Shown here: positions 11,084 to 21,346 of the stretch, in pieces
Layout: each line of letters opens with the position of its first letter
Numbering within the stretch: the first letter of the stretch is position 1
NCBI GenBank assembly: GCA_052055015.1
Contig: JBQJIT010000051.1
From: Malassezia furfur
Taxonomy: Eukaryota
DNA: 40,520 nt
Direction: 5' to 3' (one strand)
Made by a program: the position numbers and the translations under genes
Notes under the pieces: generated by a model
Told to the model about the DNA's origin: nothing
Seen by the model: the letters and a program-made list of their open reading frames with translations, nothing else
Databases searched by the model: none

Positions 11084-11121
11084 GACGTGCAGACGTAACG
11101 TTCCTGCCTCCACATTCCATC

Positions 11122-12222
11122 ATGTCCGAGACGCCCGGCTTCCCAGCGCTACAGGGGGACTGGCTCGAAGAAGTCATCTTTCTCGGGACAGGTACAAGCT
11201 CCCAGGTGCCTTCGATCTACTGTGTGACGGACCCGAATACGCAGTGTAAGACGTGTCCCGATGCGATGAAGCCGGGAAGCCCCAACCGACGAGGATGCAC
11301 GTCGGCTGTGGTGGTCGGTGCTCCGCGCGATGCACCTGACCAGAAAAGTACCATCCTGATCGACTGCGGGAAATCGTTCTATACATCGACGCTCGAAACC
11401 TTTCCTATGTATGGCTTGCGCCGTATCGATGCCGTGCTCCTCACCCATGGGCATGCCGACGCCATTCTGGGCCTGGATGACCTTCGCGGGTGGACCATGC
11501 ACGGATGCATTCAAGACTACGTCGATGTATACCTCACGCAAGAATGCATGAACACCGTGCAGAGCACATTTCCTTACCTTGTGGATACCAAGTTTGTGAC
11601 GGGCGGCGGCGATGTGGGAACCTTGCGCTGGCACATCATCGACGCTGCAAAGCCCTTTGAAGTCGGACGGCATCGCGTGCCGGTCACGCCTTTGCGCGTT
11701 GAGCATGGCTTTATGGGCCCGCAACGTCATCCCTTTGAGTGCCTCGGTTTCCGCATTGACTCTATGAGCTACGTGAGCGACTGCCACGCCATTCCACCCG
11801 CAACGCTCGACCTCATGGCGGGGAGCCAGTTGGTGGTGTTGGACGCCCTCAACATGTACCGCCACCCCAGTCATTTCTCGATACCCCAGGCCATCACTAC
11901 CGTGCTGGAGTTATCCACACGCGAGCATCCCCCCGCATTGGCCCTGTTTGTGGATATGGCGCACCGCGTCGAGTACCACGCGACAGAGGAGCAGCTCAAG
12001 GAATTGGTCACGCGACTGCGCGCGTTCCGCTCATCGCTATCGGCTTCGGTGAACAACGCATGGTGGTTGGAAGCGTGGGACGCAGATGAAAACGAGGCAC
12101 AGGCGTTCCTTGCGCTCCGTCCGGATGTGCGTACAATGCCAGAGTCCGGCCCGTCATGCCCTGAAGTGCCTGCCATGCACCTGGCCGTGGACAGACTCCG
12201 CGTTCTTTTTAGTAAGCCGTAG
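11122..12222 (+). CDS. Metallo-beta-lactamase-fold hydrolase (PhnP-like)
   Basis: FLGTGTS, ILIDCG, LLTHGHADAILGLDD, VEHG, YVSD, HPSHFS. Confidence 0.88.
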   Translation: MSETPGFPALQGDWLEEVIFLGTGTSSQVPSIYCVTDPNTQCKTCPDAMKPGSPNRRGCTSAVVVGAPRDAPDQKSTILIDCGKSFYTSTLETFPMYGLRRIDAVLLTHGHADAILGLDDLRGWTMHGCIQDYVDVYLTQECMNTVQSTFPYLVDTKFVTGGGDVGTLRWHIIDAAKPFEVGRHRVPVTPLRVEHGFMGPQRHPFECLGFRIDSMSYVSDCHAIPPATLDLMAGSQLVVLDALNMYRHPSHFSIPQAITTVLELSTREHPPALALFVDMAHRVEYHATEEQLKELVTRLRAFRSSLSASVNNAWWLEAWDADENEAQAFLALRPDVRTMPESGPSCPEVPAMHLAVDRLRVLFSKP

Positions 12223-12276
12223 CCGTAGTGTCGTGTGCGCAGGGGCCAGGTCGCTTGGGGTTTCCTATTATAACCA

Positions 12277-13278
12277 ATGTGGTTGAAGGTATTGGGATCT
12301 CTCGCGGCCCTAGGGGCTGCCCATTACCTCTTCCGTCGCGTGTGGAAGGGTGATCGTACCAAGGTACTACCTCCGTCCCAAGAGCGCATCGTAATTCTTG
12401 GTGCCTCTTCTGTGAATGGGATTGGGGCGGCCATCGCCCAACGGTGCTTGGACCGCGGGTCCTACAACATTATGCTGGTAGGCCGAAGGAGCGATGCACT
12501 GCGTGAAGTTAAGATGGCTCTAATTGCTGCACAAGAGACCGAAGAAGGCAAGGCGCGTGCCGAGCAACTCGAGCTTTTTGTCGCCGATTGCTCGGACTAC
12601 GAGGATGTGTTGCGCCTTTCCCTGGCGATCACGCGGGACTTCGGCGGGCTGGACACGCTCTATGTCGTCTTTGGTGCCATCTCTACACAGTCCCTTCTTG
12701 GTGTCGCCGGTATGGACCCCGTGGCTGGTTCGCAGCAGACAGAGCCTACGCTTGAGAACCTGCGCGACGTGTCGGATACAGCAGGAAAGCTGTGCGCTGC
12801 CAATGTGACCGGCACGGCTCTCGTCTTTACGGCGCTGATCCCACACCTCCAGACAAATTCCAAGAGTCCCTATGTGGTGGTGATTGGCTCGCTCGGAGCG
12901 CTGGTCTGGGCGCCGACGCGCAGCTTGTACTGTGGGACGAAGTCGGCGCAGCAGATGCTTACACTCAGCGTTGCGGCCGAGTGCACAACGCAGGCGCGCG
13001 TTGAGGGACGCAAGTTGGTCCGCTTTGCGATCCTGGCTCCGTCGACCGTGGCAACGTCGTTTACAACGCGACTCGCAGTCGGGGCCAAAGGGCCGCTGTC
13101 GCGCACCTTTGGCAACATGTTGACGCCCAAGGATGTCGGCGACATTGCGGTGCGCTGTGCCGACACGAACCGCACAGGCGTCGTACCGGTGCCATTCAAG
13201 TACTTCTTTGCGTGGCTCCTGACTCCTCTGCTGCCTGGGAGCATTGAACGTGCTGCACACCGGCGTTACGGCTATTGA
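12277..13278 (+). CDS. Short-chain dehydrogenase/reductase with N-terminal membrane anchor
   Basis: LGASSVNGIG Rossmann motif, GS...YCGTK catalytic YxxxK, hydrophobic N-terminus. Confidence 0.85.
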   Translation: MWLKVLGSLAALGAAHYLFRRVWKGDRTKVLPPSQERIVILGASSVNGIGAAIAQRCLDRGSYNIMLVGRRSDALREVKMALIAAQETEEGKARAEQLELFVADCSDYEDVLRLSLAITRDFGGLDTLYVVFGAISTQSLLGVAGMDPVAGSQQTEPTLENLRDVSDTAGKLCAANVTGTALVFTALIPHLQTNSKSPYVVVIGSLGALVWAPTRSLYCGTKSAQQMLTLSVAAECTTQARVEGRKLVRFAILAPSTVATSFTTRLAVGAKGPLSRTFGNMLTPKDVGDIAVRCADTNRTGVVPVPFKYFFAWLLTPLLPGSIERAAHRRYGY

Positions 13279-13288
13279 AATAGATCCT

Positions 13289-14464
13289 TTACTTAAGATG
13301 CGTCTTTTCCAATTCGTCCGCCAGGGCATCCGCCTCCTCGTCAGGCTGCTCACCAGGGTCCTCGTTCTCAGCCGCCTCGTCCTCCTCGAGTAGTTCGTCC
13401 TCCTCTTCACCTTCAGGGTCCATCTCATCGAGTTCATCAAGGGCATCGCCGTTGCCCCACTTGGAGAGCGCCTCGGTGATCGTCGTGATGGCCTCGTCAT
13501 CCTCGTCGGCAAAGTTGCCGTTAATCTCGAGCAGCTCAAGTCGCTCCAGGTTCTGCTCGATGGCCGAGCCCAGCTTAGAGAGCGCGTCGCGGTTCAGGTC
13601 ACAGTACTGCAGGTGGAGCGCCTCGAGACTCTTGCCGTGGATATGCAGCGCGTCAAACACCAGATGCCCACCCTGCGACTTCAGCAGACAATCAGACAGG
13701 TTGAGCACCCGGAGCTTGGGCCAGCTGGGCAGCGCCGCAGCAATCGCACGACCGCCACGCAGCGTCGCCGTATTGTCCTGGAGATCGAGCACCTCGAGAT
13801 TCGGGCACTTGGTGAGACCTTCGCAAAGGGCCTGAATACCCTCCATACGGATGCCATTCTGGAACAAGCGCACCTCGACAAGCCCACCGTGCGCGGCAAA
13901 TGCGCGAGCCCAGGCGTCAGCGCTGCCGTTCTCCAGACGGTTGCGCCCGCAAATCACCGTGCGCAGCTGACTCGGCTTGTTCTCCTTCTTGAGCTCCTCG
14001 GCCGCGGCATACAAGGCATCCGCGACGATCTTACCGCCCGTAACGCCCAGGCCGTTGTTACTCAGCTTGAGCGTATGGAAATTGTGGTTGTGTGTCAGGA
14101 AGTTGACCATCGGCTCGGCGGACCGCCCGCCAAAGGCATTGTCCGAGAGATTGATCTCTTCGAGTTCAGTGTGGTCCTGGAGCGCGTCGCACAGCGCACG
14201 CAGTGCGTCGGGAATCTCAGAGATGAGACGCCCCGTAAAGATGTCCGCAAAGTCGGCCACCTTCAACGCGGTCTTTTTGCGCAACACGTCCGCGAGAGCA
14301 ACACATGCACCAACACCCAGCGTGTTGCCGCCGAAGTGTACCTCATAAAGCGGCTCGACCTTCTCGATCGCTTCCAGGTACGGCGCAATGTCCTCTTTTG
14401 AGTCAAGCTTCAGATTCTTGCCAACCAGGCTGTACACGCCCTGGGCGTCCGAACCTTCGGTCAT
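13289..14464 (-). CDS. RNA1: Ran GTPase-activating protein (LRR)
   Basis: GNTLG, ADIFTGRL, LSDNAFG, CGRNRLENG, QNGIR, LDLQDNT and an acidic tail. ATG at 14464 preferred. Confidence 0.95.
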   Translation of the reverse strand: MTEGSDAQGVYSLVGKNLKLDSKEDIAPYLEAIEKVEPLYEVHFGGNTLGVGACVALADVLRKKTALKVADFADIFTGRLISEIPDALRALCDALQDHTELEEINLSDNAFGGRSAEPMVNFLTHNHNFHTLKLSNNGLGVTGGKIVADALYAAAEELKKENKPSQLRTVICGRNRLENGSADAWARAFAAHGGLVEVRLFQNGIRMEGIQALCEGLTKCPNLEVLDLQDNTATLRGGRAIAAALPSWPKLRVLNLSDCLLKSQGGHLVFDALHIHGKSLEALHLQYCDLNRDALSKLGSAIEQNLERLELLEINGNFADEDDEAITTITEALSKWGNGDALDELDEMDPEGEEEDELLEEDEAAENEDPGEQPDEEADALADELEKTHLK

Positions 14465-14505
14465 GGTAGATGGAGGTTGCCACGTGGCTAACGTACAGCT
14501 ATGCA

Positions 14506-16763
14506 CTACACTTGCCAAGCGCCCAGCGGGTCGGCAGAGGCGTCGGGGCGCGGCGTCTCCGTGCGCGCCGAGCGGAGCTCCAAGTCGGGCGTCGCAGATG
14601 TGGGTGTTGCAACAGGCTTGGATGCCCACGGATTGGTCGACGGCGGTATAATGACCCGAGATTTCGTCTCGCCGCCCGGAGCTCGGTCAGCACCCAGGGG
14701 AAAGAGAGGTGGGCTCGCCGCATGACTCGTCTCTGCACGGCGGTGCGGGCTCGCCGTACGTGGCGATTCGGTGTGGTCAAACCCGGCAGAGCGCATTGCG
14801 CCCTGCACACGGCCCCACCCATCGCTAAAGAGAGAGCGCATTTTCGTTGTCGCCGCGTGCAGCGACTCATCAAACGAGTCTGACGTCTCGCCCCGCGCGG
14901 GTGCGGTGAGCGTATCGTTCGTGGCTGATGCGAGCCGCTCTTTAAGACGACGGTTTTCTTCTTTTTCCAGATCGAGACGCGAATTGAGCTCGGCATACGA
15001 CCGGCGGAACAGGTCCGTTGAAAAGCGCAACGCGTCCGTCGAGGGAAGCAGCACGCCCATGTCTCCGCTCGGGTCGCGCCGATTGTCCAGTGCAGGATTG
15101 TACTGTGCGTTCTTCCACCGCGCAACGATGTCCTTGTGCAACAACACGTCCCATACACTGGGCGTGCAATCGATGGGAGCAGGACCGTGTGCCCGAGGCG
15201 TGCGCCGCTCGCGTTCGGTATTGTACAAAAAGGTGCCCGTACTGCCAGCATACACCTGGCGTAGGAGCTCCGCAAGGAAAGCGCCGTTGAACTCGAAGCG
15301 GTCCGGGAACTGCGTCTGGAGCTGCGCGACACATTCCAGGAACTGGTGAAAGATGGGCGCACGTTGGTGCGCAGCCGTCGTCTGGAATGGCGAGGTGAAG
15401 TGCTTGGTGAAGTCCCAAAAGGAGCCACCGCCCTGCGAGTCGGCCAGTGGGTCATCCACGGGCGCGCCGTCCACGTCAAAGAGGGGTTCGTTGTGCGGCA
15501 CCCGGAGATCAAACTTGTCCGCACCGAGGCCCACAAGCCCGCTGCGTTCTTGGAATTGGTGCCCGAAACTGACCCAGTCCTTTTCAATGAGCACCGCAAA
15601 GCCATGGAGTGTGCGGTAGTACGGGTCGAGGCAGAGCGCCGCGAGGGATGTCAACTGCGCCGTACGGTCCCAACCGTCCGAGCAGTGCACAAGCACATGG
15701 GATGCATGGATGTGGACGTTGCGCACAATCATCAGCGTGCCTTCGAGCAGGTCGCCCACGTGTTTGAGCCAGTTGGAGCGCCGCAAGGCGATCTGATCCA
15801 GCGGCGCAGGCGGCGTGCCCTCGATGGACGACCGGGTATCTGCACGGAGCACCACGAGTGCCCGATTCAGTGCATCGCGCATCACATGGATGTTTTCGAC
15901 ACCGAGGTACACTTTCTTGCAGTTGCGGTAGTGCTCCATATTCTCGGTACCTGCGCCTTTGGCCATATTCGCCATGGCATTGGTCGTGGGGCGCGCATCG
16001 ACCAGCAGGTTCGTGGCAGTCGATCCGTACACACCATGAGCATGATCGTCTGTGACGCTGGTCTCGAAGATCGCCTCGACCAGTTTCTCGTCCTGCACGG
16101 AACGATTCTGCTTGATGCCGACAAGCGGCTGGCTGCATCGCGTGATGGTGCCCTGCCCTGCCCAATGCAGGTAGGTCAAGAGTGGAATACGCCCTTTGCT
16201 CCGGTGTTTGGATGCGTACGCCAGCGTCGCATCACTGATCAGCGCCGGGACGACAAGCAGGGCAGGATACGTCGGGATCAACGAATAATCGCTGTTGATG
16301 GTCGAGAAGCGCCATGCCTTGCTCGTAGACCCCACCCCCTGCCGCTTGAACTCGGCCGCAGGGTTGTATATCCGCCATCCGTCGCTTGGTGTATTGTGCG
16401 GCGCCTCAAACGCGTACAGTTTTTCCACCGAGTCTGGGTGAGCCGCGTCGACGTACCAATACTTGCAAGCGCGCGGAGCTTTTCGGCAACACGGAGGAGT
16501 GTGCTCTCGTCCCGAAAGCCGAGCACAAAACACTCGTGCGTGTACAGGTAGAGAGCAAGGAGGTACCGCATACCCCCCGTACCCCGCGCCATTGCCGAAG
16601 CCTCCCGCTTGGCCTGCGCTATGAGAGCAATCTCCCAGCGCTCCTCTGCACCATCCCATGTCAAAATTACGTGATGGGGCGTTATCTGCACTGTACAAAA
16701 AGTGTCCACACCTGGCCGGAGTAGCCACACATCCTGCACCTCCTCCAGGATCGGCGGCGCCAT
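14506..16763 (-). CDS. YMR1: Myotubularin-family PI3P phosphatase; intron 16434-16456
   Basis: Catalytic HCSDGWDRT, plus [14 protein letters not shown] and EKDWVSFGH. Own ATG (MAPPILEEV) with a PH-GRAM-like first exon. Spliced length 744 aa. Confidence 0.88.
16434..16456 (-). other. Intron, 23 nt (myotubularin)
   Basis: GTACGTcgacgcgGCTCACcCAG; gives [16 protein letters not shown]. Confidence 0.82.
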
Positions 16764-16814
16764 GCTGGCCGTCGCGTCCACGCTGTGGGCGTGCGCACCG
16801 CACGCGCCACGTGA

Positions 16815-18486
16815 CTATACCAACCGTTTCGTCATGTCTGGGTAAGTGGAGGGCATACGTACATGGGCCTTCGAGCTCGTAGCCGAGCCGTCGGTAATAG
16901 TCGCGCGTGCCGACACCCGAGATCACGGCGAGCTTCACGCTCCCGTGCTCATCGCGAGCGATCTGCTCGGCCTGCTCCATGAGCAGCGTACCGAAACCCT
17001 GATGCTGGAACTTGGTCGGGTCGCGGCTGTGAAGCGGCACCGCACTGCCGTAGGTATGCAGCTCGCGCACAATCGACGACTGCCCGTCCTTGACCAGCTC
17101 GGGACGGTAGGTGCCGGTAGAAGAGCACTTGCGCAGTCGAAGCAGTGCAACAAGGATGTCCTTCTCGGGGTCTTCGTAGGACAAAAACGATTCCCAACCC
17201 CCGTTCGCAGTATAGTCGCGCCGAATAAACTCGATCTCTTCGGGTCGCACCTTGGTGTGGATCTCGTGCAGGCCCACCTCTCGGTATCGCACATCCCGGC
17301 ATGTCACACCAAAGTCGCGCATGCGTTCGAGCGCCATCTCACGCAGGTTGCCATTCTCCACACCCGAAGAAACGAGCGGCATGGGGATGTCGCGCTGGAC
17401 ACGGTATACACGCGTCCACGGCGGGACGAGTGCGAGGATCCGCGCAATCACGTCTACCAGGAACGAAGGCGTGTAGTTCTTGTACCGCCCCGTGCGCCAG
17501 AGCTCATACAGGCCCGTGCCGCGGATCACCAGGGTAGGATACAGCTTGAGACCGTCGGACCGGAACGCGGGGTTCTCAAAGTACTCTTTGAACTGCTCCA
17601 TGTCGCGCTCCACCCCAACGTTGGGGAGATCGGGCATCATGTGCGCCACGACCTTGTATCCTGCGTCCTTCGCGAGATGAAAAGTTTCGCACACGGCCTT
17701 GACGGTATGTCCACGGTTGGTATCACGCGCAACATCTTCGTATACGCTCTGCACGCCAATTTCCAGGCGCGTGCAGCCATACCGTAACATTTGCGACAGG
17801 TGCGGCCGCAGACAGTAGTCTGGCCGCGTCTCGATGGTAATCCCGATACATTTGGTCTGTGCACGCTCCGAGAAGCGCACAGCCTCATCCACATCGAGGC
17901 CTGTGTACCCACTGAGTGCATTGTGCAGCTGTGCAATGAATTGGTTGCGGTATTCTTCCGAGAGACTCATAAAGGTGCCTCCCATGATGATGTATTCCAC
18001 CTTGTCGACGCTGTGCCCCAGCTCACGCAACTGCTGCACCCGCCCTCGACTTTGTTCGTATGGATCATAGCGCGCGCGGATGGCTCGCATCGAGGTCGGC
18101 TCGTAGCCCGTGTACGACTGTGTGCTGTACTCGAAGTCGGAGTCAGGGCCGCCAGGGCAGTAGACACAAATGTTGCCGGTGAGAGCAATATGAGGGCATC
18201 GGTGCGGCTTGCACATCACTGCGACGACTGCAATGCCACTCGCACTGCGCACGGGCTTGGCGCGCAATGCGGGCACGAGTGCCTTGCGGTAGGCATCAGG
18301 GATAGCGGCGATGATGTCGGTCAAGCGAGGAACGCCACCATATCCGTGTTTCTTGCACGCTGCGCCGCGAATGGCATTTAGCGATACAGGACGGGATTCT
18401 TCGTGTGCCTGTACAAGCTGGGACGCGATGTCGGCGCACACGCGCAGCAGGCACTCTGCCGACGTCGTCGCCGTCGACACGCCCAT
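16815..18486 (-). CDS. ELP3: Elongator catalytic subunit Elp3 (radical SAM + GNAT); intron 16838-16862
   Basis: [38 protein letters not shown]. Splicing gives the conserved end [15 protein letters not shown], 548 aa. Confidence 0.96.
16838..16862 (-). other. Intron, 25 nt (ELP3 terminal intron)
   Basis: GTACGTatgccctccACTTACcCAG; restores GPYMxK. Confidence 0.9.
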
Positions 18487-18564
18487 CGTGAAAAGACACT
18501 TTTTTGGTGCGCTGAGTCAGCAAGACCCTGGCAGCGCACAGTCCAACCCCGGGTCACGACGATC

Positions 18565-21345
18565 ATGCTGCGCATCGCCGGCGCGGCCGTGGTCTGCGTG
18601 CTGTGTTGGGCTGCATGTGTCGCGGCCGATGCACGAAATTTGATAGATGTGGTGAGCTCACATCCTGAGCTCACGCGTTTCGTGCATCTCTTACAACGCA
18701 CGCGAATGCTGCCAACGCTCAACCGCATGCAGGAGCTGAGTGGCCCGGAGGGCGGGATGACCATATTTGCGCCGAACAATGCCGCATTTGAGCGCGCCAT
18801 GCAGGCCAATACGAATGCATCGCAGTTTTGGCGCGACGCATTTGCAGAGCGGCTGCCGGACAATGTGCATGCGGCGCTGCGCCAGCAACTGTGGTACCAC
18901 TTCCTCAACTACACACTCGACGCGCAGCAGGACGGCCTGGTGTACCATCAAACGCTGCACTTCCCTTCGCGCAAGCGTCTCCAGGAGCCGACGCGACCCG
19001 GCCCTGTCCCCCAGCCGCCCAGCGAGCCGCCCCATCCGGGCGCCGAAGACGAGGGTGGACTGCTTGGAGGGTACGGCCAGCTGTTGCGCGTCCTTCATAA
19101 GAGTCGCGAGATGCGCGTCGGCGTGGATGAGCAGGGGCAGAATGGGTGCAAAGTTGTGGCCGAAGACCGGTCGTCTGCGCACGGTGTAGTGTATGTGCTT
19201 GATGACATCCTGTCTCTGCCCCCCACACTGCTGGCGTTCTTGCAGACCGACCCGGCGGTGAATTCGGTGTTTTCCTTGCTGCCAAACAGCACACTGCATA
19301 CCCTCTCTATCACCGCGCACCTCACCATGTTCTTGCCGACCCCGGAGGCGCTCAAGAGCCTCTCGGCGCTCGAGCAGCAGTACATCTGGGGCCCATGGCC
19401 CGAAGCGGACCAAGACCGGCTCCAGCTGTTTGCCTGGCATACGTCGAGCATTGGTCTGGGACACGGTAAGATTGGGTATGCCCAGCGGCTACGCGAAGCC
19501 AAGAATGCGACCATGACGACCGTGCTGGGCGGCGAATTCCAAGTCCGCGCGTCGGATCGCGGTGCCATCGAGGTCGGCGGCGCGCGCGTCGTGCGCGAGA
19601 ACCTGTTGACCGCGAACGGCGTGGTGCATTTGGTCGATGATCTGCACTTGCCGTACGGCGACCTCGGCCTGACGCTGGAAAAGTACCTGTTGGTGCTCGG
19701 CGCAGTCCGCTTCGTGCGCCTCTTCCACGAGGCCGGCTTAGCGCACTACCTCAATCGCCCCCCGCATGGTATGCCACACGACGAAGCACCACAGGAGGCC
19801 ATGACCATCATCGCGCCGTCGGACGATGCAATCGACCGCTGGCTCGATGATCTGCACGGCGAGCCAGCGCTGCTAGTCCAAGGGCGCGAGCCGGGCGAGC
19901 TGGGAACACTGGACAAGATTGATATGTCCCAAGTCCGCAAGGTGCTCTTATATCATCTCCTGTGCGGCACTGTGCTCGCGAATGCCACGGATGTGGGGGA
20001 CCTGCTCGTGTCCGAACTGCACCCGCCTCGTCTCGGCGGCGCAGCCCAGCGCGTGCCGGTCACCAAGCCGGACCGTCGCAACAAGACGACGTGGGCGCTC
20101 GGCGGGCTCGCGATGCGCACCGACCCTGTCGTTACGGCGAATGCGACCATCTACTTGGCCGATGGTGTGCTCGCACCTCCGGGCGATGTGGTGCAGGCGG
20201 TGCAGGCGGCGTCTCAGGATGCGGGACTGTTTGCGAATGTGACCTTTGCAGCCGGGTACGAGGAGCAGCTCCGTACCGCGCCAAGCACCACCTACCTCGT
20301 ACCGACCAACACTGCGTTCCACGACCTGGGCCTGGTCGTCAAGTTTTGGCTCTCGGCTAGCCCCCAAGCACGCGACGATCTCACGATCCTGCTTGACTAC
20401 CATGCCCTGCGCGGGATCCACTATGCAACAACGCTTGCGCACGAGTGGACCTCGTACAAGACCGGCGCGGACGAAACGGTGCAGGTGCGCGCGCGGGACG
20501 ACATCATCGAGGTGCGCACGCCGCACGACGCCAGCGTCGCGCAAGTGACGCACGCCGATCTGCTCACTGACACGGGCGCCGTACACTTGGTCGACCGCGT
20601 GCACATCCCCCCGACGCTTAGCATCACGCCCGAGAAGCTGATGCATGCTGCGAACGCGTCCAGGATGGTGCACCTCGTGCGTCGCGCGGGCTTCGACTGG
20701 GTGCTGAAGGGCCACCCACTGCCGAACCAGACGCACCCGCGTGAGACGTGCGGAGAACGCGCCGTGCTGCTGGTCCCCACCGACACCGCGATGGAGCAGC
20801 TGGACGGCACGGATTACGAGGATGACGATGACGCGCTGCGTGCGCTCATTGCACAGCACATTCTCCTCATCAACACGTGCAAGACGCGCCGGGCGTCGCG
20901 CGAGGCCCACACGTCGCTGCGACTGCCGCTGCCGCTCAAGAACGAGGGGGTGCACGCCTCGTGGCTCGACCGCGTGCAGACAGGCAAGACGTATGGTGCA
21001 CTGGCGTTCCGGCGGGTGGCCAAGCCGCGCTACGACGACCTCGGCTACGTCATCGGGATCAAGGGCGCGCGGGGCTTCTCCGGCAAGCGGCATGCGGCGC
21101 GTGTGCTCGAGTTCGGTACGACGCATGGCGCGCGCGGCGAGGCGATGTGGACCGCGGGCATTTTGACGCTGGACGCGGTGCTCGAGCCGTACTACCCCAT
21201 GTGGTTTTTCCGGTGGGGCTATGCGCTGCTGGTGTGCATGTTGGGCGTCATTACAGTGGGGGCGGGGGGATTCTATGTATATCTGCGCGTCCGGCTGCGC
21301 GGCTACCGCCGCATACCGGATGCGCTCGAGGGGGAGGAGGAGTAG
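18565..21345 (+). CDS. Multi-fasciclin (FAS1) domain type I membrane protein
   Basis: Signal peptide MLRIAGAAVVCVLCWAACVAA. Repeated FAS1 H1/H2 motifs (TIFAPNNAAF, TIIAPSDDAI, TYLVPTNTAF; GVVYVLDDIL, NGVVHLVDD, GAVHLVDRV). C-terminal TM helix and a YRRI tail. Confidence 0.87.
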   Translation: MLRIAGAAVVCVLCWAACVAADARNLIDVVSSHPELTRFVHLLQRTRMLPTLNRMQELSGPEGGMTIFAPNNAAFERAMQANTNASQFWRDAFAERLPDNVHAALRQQLWYHFLNYTLDAQQDGLVYHQTLHFPSRKRLQEPTRPGPVPQPPSEPPHPGAEDEGGLLGGYGQLLRVLHKSREMRVGVDEQGQNGCKVVAEDRSSAHGVVYVLDDILSLPPTLLAFLQTDPAVNSVFSLLPNSTLHTLSITAHLTMFLPTPEALKSLSALEQQYIWGPWPEADQDRLQLFAWHTSSIGLGHGKIGYAQRLREAKNATMTTVLGGEFQVRASDRGAIEVGGARVVRENLLTANGVVHLVDDLHLPYGDLGLTLEKYLLVLGAVRFVRLFHEAGLAHYLNRPPHGMPHDEAPQEAMTIIAPSDDAIDRWLDDLHGEPALLVQGREPGELGTLDKIDMSQVRKVLLYHLLCGTVLANATDVGDLLVSELHPPRLGGAAQRVPVTKPDRRNKTTWALGGLAMRTDPVVTANATIYLADGVLAPPGDVVQAVQAASQDAGLFANVTFAAGYEEQLRTAPSTTYLVPTNTAFHDLGLVVKFWLSASPQARDDLTILLDYHALRGIHYATTLAHEWTSYKTGADETVQVRARDDIIEVRTPHDASVAQVTHADLLTDTGAVHLVDRVHIPPTLSITPEKLMHAANASRMVHLVRRAGFDWVLKGHPLPNQTHPRETCGERAVLLVPTDTAMEQLDGTDYEDDDDALRALIAQHILLINTCKTRRASREAHTSLRLPLPLKNEGVHASWLDRVQTGKTYGALAFRRVAKPRYDDLGYVIGIKGARGFSGKRHAARVLEFGTTHGARGEAMWTAGILTLDAVLEPYYPMWFFRWGYALLVCMLGVITVGAGGFYVYLRVRLRGYRRIPDALEGEEE

Positions 21346-21346
21346 G

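Noticed and set aside
8505..13278. Metabolic gene cluster or horizontally acquired island (FMO, MBL hydrolase, SDR; visibly lower GC)
   Set aside because: No backbone synthase, transporter or regulator, and no mobile-element boundaries. A housekeeping WD40 gene is interleaved, and the lower GC extends into RNA1 and ELP3.
14506..18486. Annotating the 1326-aa ORF as one constitutive fusion gene
   Set aside because: Canonical micro-introns give a normal 548-aa Elp3 ending in its conserved C-terminus and a separate myotubularin with its own ATG. The bridge peptide looks like off-frame sequence. Kept only as a possible minor isoform.
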